Assembly: GCA_963582395.1 (NCBI GenBank)
Contig: CAUZTK010000001.1
Location: 1-47,844 of the forward strand
From: Planctomycetota bacterium
GTDB lineage: Bacteria; Planctomycetota; Planctomycetia; Planctomycetales; Planctomycetaceae
Length of the DNA stretch: 47,844 nucleotides
Direction of reading: 5' to 3'
Part shown: positions 44,578 through 47,844 of the stretch, piece by piece
Layout: each line of letters begins with the position of its first letter
Numbering within the stretch: the first letter of the stretch is position 1
The notes under the pieces: generated by a model
What the model saw: only the letters and a program-made list of their open reading frames with translations
Databases searched by the model: none
What the model was told of the DNA's origin: nothing
Position numbers and translations under genes: made by a program

Positions 44578-45624
44578 GTGGCATTGGACGTCTACAAGGA
44601 CTGGCTCGGCATTCCCGAAGGCCCGCGGCCACCTGATCATTACGAACTGCTCAGACTGGTCAAGTTCGAAGACGACGTCGAGAAGATTCAGCAACATTAC
44701 ACCAAGCTGAACGGACACGTCCGCAAGTATCAGACCGGCCGGTATTCATCCGAGTCGCAGGAGCTACTCAACGAACTCGCCCGCGTCATGCTTTGTCTGA
44801 CCGACCCGGAACGGAAACGTGAATACGATGAGGGTCTCGGCCGCGAGTTCGATAACGCTGTGGATGTTCTCGGCCGAAAGTCACTGGGCGATTGGTTGAT
44901 GGAAGACGATCACCTCACTCGCGACCAGTTGTCGGAGGCGGAGGTGTTCGCCGATGCCCGGGGTCTGTCGCTGCGCGATGCCGTCGTGCAGATGAAGCTG
45001 GTCGACATCAGAACCGCCACGCAGGGGCTGGCCCAGGAACTGGGACGTCCGTTTGTCGATTTGGCCGAGATGGTCCCTGACGATTCGGTCCTCGATCAGC
45101 TTCCGAGGAATGTCGTCAAACAGAACGCCATTTTGCCGCTCTTTGTTGACGACGATGTGTTGTTGATTGCTTGCGCTTACGAATCGACGCTGGAACTGGA
45201 AGAGGAGATGCGGTTGCGGTTCGACATGCCGATGCGGGCTGTGTTGGCGACGCCACTGGCCGTGAATCAGGCCCTCGCCAAATACTATGCCCCCGGCATG
45301 CGCGACGAAGCGGTTGTCAATCAGGTCGCAGCCTCCCCGTCTAAAAAGAAGCAATCCAAACAGGCCGCCCCGAAAAAACGTAAATTGGCCTCGCAAATGT
45401 CGAGTGATGAAAAACGGCAGCAGATGTTGCTCGGCGTGATCATTCTGTGCTGGAGTCTCGTGGGAGCAGCAGCGATCGGTCACTTTGTGATCACGCCGCT
45501 GCTCGAAGCAATCGTGCCGTTGCTCGGAGGGTTCGGGGTTTACGGCACCATTGGGCTGGTGGCCCCAATTGCCACTTGGTTCGTTTGGACGAACTACGGT
45601 TGGTCGAACTACATTAAGAAGTAA
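44578..45624 (+). CDS. membrane-anchored protein: HPD-less J-like domain + T2SSE_N (GspE/MshE N-terminal) domain + basic linker + C-terminal TM helices
   Basis: GTG start. J-like: DVYKDWLGIP..PPDHYELLRL..FEDDVEKIQQHYTKLNGHVRKYQ...LTDPERKREYDEGL (HVR where HPD is expected). T2SSE_N: LGDWLMEDDHLTRDQLSEAE...LGRPFVDLAEMVPDDSVLDQLPRNVVKQNAILPLFVDDDVLLIACAYES...VLATPLAVNQALAKYY. KK-rich linker, then hydrophobic LLGVIILCWSLVGAAAIGHFVI and GGFGVYGTIGLVAPIATWFVW. Confidence 0.8.
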   Translation: MALDVYKDWLGIPEGPRPPDHYELLRLVKFEDDVEKIQQHYTKLNGHVRKYQTGRYSSESQELLNELARVMLCLTDPERKREYDEGLGREFDNAVDVLGRKSLGDWLMEDDHLTRDQLSEAEVFADARGLSLRDAVVQMKLVDIRTATQGLAQELGRPFVDLAEMVPDDSVLDQLPRNVVKQNAILPLFVDDDVLLIACAYESTLELEEEMRLRFDMPMRAVLATPLAVNQALAKYYAPGMRDEAVVNQVAASPSKKKQSKQAAPKKRKLASQMSSDEKRQQMLLGVIILCWSLVGAAAIGHFVITPLLEAIVPLLGGFGVYGTIGLVAPIATWFVWTNYGWSNYIKK

Positions 45625-45935
45625 CGTCGATCGAACCGGATTGCTGCCGCAAGTTCCAGACCCGTTTCTGCCCACCACAATCGCTTGCACCGGGTGGGCG
45701 AAGCCGACCCTCGGCCTCAGAGGCTCACAGGCACGATGCGGTTTGAACCGCCGGCAATGGAAATTCCGGTTGTCTCTGTTTCGCGGCGCAAGCACAAGTC
45801 GCACCGGTTCGATCACGGTCGTTCGTTTCGATTTCGCGCCCCTATTCGGGCGCGGCGGATTTTTGACTGTCGCTCCGCAAAAGGTAGAGTTCCCCTGGAT
45901 CGACTTTTCGCCGATCCGTAACGGGAACGTAGATC

Positions 45936-47558
45936 ATGACGCGCATCGGCAGTGTCGGCAGCCTGGGAACCGAGCAGTTGCGGGCTCTCAGTCGGCTGAC
46001 CGAGATCGGAAAAGCCATCTCTCAGAACCAGCAGTGGATCAGCACCCTCAATCGGATCAACTCGGCCAAGGACGATCCTTCTGGTCTGGTTCAGGCAACT
46101 CTGTTGGAAGCAGAGCTGACGGCGGCCGAACAGGCATCCAAAACAGTGACCCGCGCCAGCGCGCTGCTGGCCACCGCCGACGCGGCCGCCGGCGAAGTCC
46201 TCACACAGCTACAGTCGGCCCGTACGTTGGTGCTGGCTGCCGCCGATGAAACACTCTCATCCTCTGCGGTGGCCGGAAATCAGGTACAGGTCGACGAAAT
46301 CATCCGCACCGTCAACAGGCTCGCCAAAACCGAATTTTCCAGTAAACGACTTCTAGACGGCTCAGCCGGTTTTCGCACTACGGGCGTCGACACCACTAAA
46401 ATCCTCGACATCGACGTGCTCGACAAAACCACCACCGATGACGTCTCGGTCAGCATCAATGTCACACAGCAGGCAACACAACAGACCTACCGCTACAGTG
46501 ACGGCGCGCTCGGCTCCGACACCACGCTGGTTGTCACCGGGCCGGACGGTACAACGACCGTCGAATTGAACAGCGGCGCCAATACGCAGACCATCACCGA
46601 TGCCTTCAACGCCATCACGTACGCGACGGGGATCACGGCCACCCGCATCGACGCCAGCAACATCGACTTCACCACGGTCGAATATGGATCAGATGTCACG
46701 TTTTCGATCTCGGCGACAGCGGGAACCTTCGACACAACAACTCAGCAGACCGGAACCGATGCCCTGGCCACCATCAACGGGCAACAGTTCACCGGAGACG
46801 GCACGGTCTTCAACGTGAACACCAATCAACTTTTGCTGGCGATTGAACTCGATCCGTCGGCCAGCGGGAACCTGAGTCCCTTCACTGTCTCCGGAAATGG
46901 TTTGGAGTTCATTATCGGCTCGCAGGTCAGCAGCACGGCGAGAATTGGGCTGGGGAACATGCACACGTCGATCCTCGGCGGCGTGATCGGTAAGCTCTCG
47001 TCGATTGCCAGCGGCGGCGCCAACACGCTGACGGCTGGAAAAACGGCCGAAGCTCTGAAAATCCTCGACGACGCCATCGCCGACGTCAGCCGGACGCAGG
47101 CCATCATCTGCGGTTTTAAGAAGTTTACGCTCGATAGCTCCAGCCGCATCCTCGACATTCAGATCGAAAACGTCTCCTCGGAGTTCTCGGCGATTCAGGA
47201 TACCGATCTGGCCCTGGAAGTGGCGAAATTGGCGAATAACCAACTACTGGAAAAGTCCACGTTGCAAGCACTTTCGATTATGAACCTGCGCAATCAGGAG
47301 GTCTTGGGCTTTCTTGCGAGCACCGTGAGACGATTCCAACCGTCTCTGAACAAAATACGGACGGAAACTACCAACATGAGCATCGCAGCACTCTCGGCGG
47401 CAGCACAGTCTTCTCTGATCGGACTCCTCAACGTCTCTCGAGAAGTTGAGGAGTCGCCGCCGACGTATCCCGAGGTATTTCGCCGGAACCGGACTCGAGC
47501 TTCTCATCGTCACTCGATGCGATTAGCCGTCTGCCCGAACTGCGACAGCAGGCATTGA
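45936..47558 (+). CDS. flagellin-family protein (FliC/FlgL-like) with Thr-rich central domain; 3' end suspect
   Basis: N-terminal RINSAKDDPSGLVQATLLEAEL...LQSARTLVLAAAD...KRLLDGS. C-terminal FSAIQDTDLALEVAKLANNQLLEKSTLQALSIMNLRNQEVLGFL. The ORF then runs ~80 codons past the point where flagellins normally stop. Confidence 0.8.
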   Translation: MTRIGSVGSLGTEQLRALSRLTEIGKAISQNQQWISTLNRINSAKDDPSGLVQATLLEAELTAAEQASKTVTRASALLATADAAAGEVLTQLQSARTLVLAAADETLSSSAVAGNQVQVDEIIRTVNRLAKTEFSSKRLLDGSAGFRTTGVDTTKILDIDVLDKTTTDDVSVSINVTQQATQQTYRYSDGALGSDTTLVVTGPDGTTTVELNSGANTQTITDAFNAITYATGITATRIDASNIDFTTVEYGSDVTFSISATAGTFDTTTQQTGTDALATINGQQFTGDGTVFNVNTNQLLLAIELDPSASGNLSPFTVSGNGLEFIIGSQVSSTARIGLGNMHTSILGGVIGKLSSIASGGANTLTAGKTAEALKILDDAIADVSRTQAIICGFKKFTLDSSSRILDIQIENVSSEFSAIQDTDLALEVAKLANNQLLEKSTLQALSIMNLRNQEVLGFLASTVRRFQPSLNKIRTETTNMSIAALSAAAQSSLIGLLNVSREVEESPPTYPEVFRRNRTRASHRHSMRLAVCPNCDSRH

Positions 47559-47678
47559 CCAACGTCAGTGTTTTTAGCGCCGTCGAAGATCTCTTTGCCG
47601 AAATGGCCTCGCTGCCACGGCTGTGACCCTCGGTCTGAAACTGTTCGCGTTCTCTCGCTGGAATTGCAAGCCGACCCA

Positions 47679-47719
47679 CCGCTTGCGGCATAGCGGACCA
47701 CACAGATTCGCGAAACCTG
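47679..47719 (-). repeat. Dispersed repeat family 2, copy 3 (reverse orientation)
   Basis: Reverse complement reads CAGGTTTCGCGAATCTGTGTGGTCCGCTATGCCGCAAGCGG. Confidence 0.8.
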
Positions 47720-47770
47720 ATCTCCCTTGTATGTTGTCAGATGGCGATTCCATTAAGGAAAATACGAATG

Positions 47771-47815
47771 CCGTTGTTGTGGCTGCGGAGCGTAGCGGAG
47801 CAGCCACAACAACGG
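47771..47815 (-). terminator. perfect 16-bp stem hairpin, likely terminator of a minus-strand gene beyond the right edge
   Basis: CCGTTGTTGTGGCTGC (47771-47786) / GCAGCCACAACAACGG (47800-47815), 13-nt loop. On the minus strand it is followed by CATTCGTATTTTCC. Confidence 0.45.
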
Positions 47816-47844
47816 CGGCCGACGATAGATCGATCCCCCTCAGG

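Noticed and set aside
45885-45915. Possible sigma-28 (FliA) promoter upstream of the flagellin: GCCGAT at 45910-45915.
   Set aside because: Only the GCCGAT half of the -10 consensus GCCGATAA is present. No TAAA-like -35 lies at the expected ~15-nt spacing (the nearest TAGA is 21 nt away). The planctomycete consensus is unknown to me.

Overview
GC-rich bacterial chromosomal segment. The gene content suggests Planctomycetota, probably Pirellulales-like (inference): a PSD1/PSCyt-DUF1549-DUF1553 + DUF1501 pair, DUF1080, sulfatase, BNR sialidase-like gene, a lidless Hsp70 paralogue and an HPD-less J-like N-terminus. Most of the window is ordinary metabolism and housekeeping: SelA-like PLP enzyme, D-aminoacylase, ggt, SDR, ArsM-like methyltransferase, class IV aminotransferase, SSS symporter, amidohydrolase, CocE/NonD hydrolase, D-glutamate-cyclase-like hydro-lyase, sulfatase, fbaB, cinA, GT4, two PP2C phosphatases, FAD oxidoreductase, AKR and a flagellin-family gene. 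I found no rRNA, convincing tRNA, CRISPR array, transposase or integrase. Points worth a second look: (1) A decayed Type III-like R-M locus at the left edge, in which a DUF559 endonuclease gene bracketed by inverted 33-nt GC hairpin units sits exactly between the mod stop and the res start; a third solo unit frameshifts the mod remnant. (2) A lidless Hsp70 followed by a membrane-anchored protein combining an HPD-less J-like domain with a T2SSE_N (MshEN-type) domain, next to a flagellin gene and across a ~700-nt low-GC spacer from a 625-aa unknown. (3) At least three dispersed intergenic repeat families sharing sequence modules. (4) A hicAB module with a palindrome at its start. (5) Several frame disruptions (BNR gene twice, Uma2 N-terminus, flagellin 3' end and the ORF after it), which indicate either real pseudogenisation or indel errors. 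All similarity calls come from reading motifs by eye; no searches were run.
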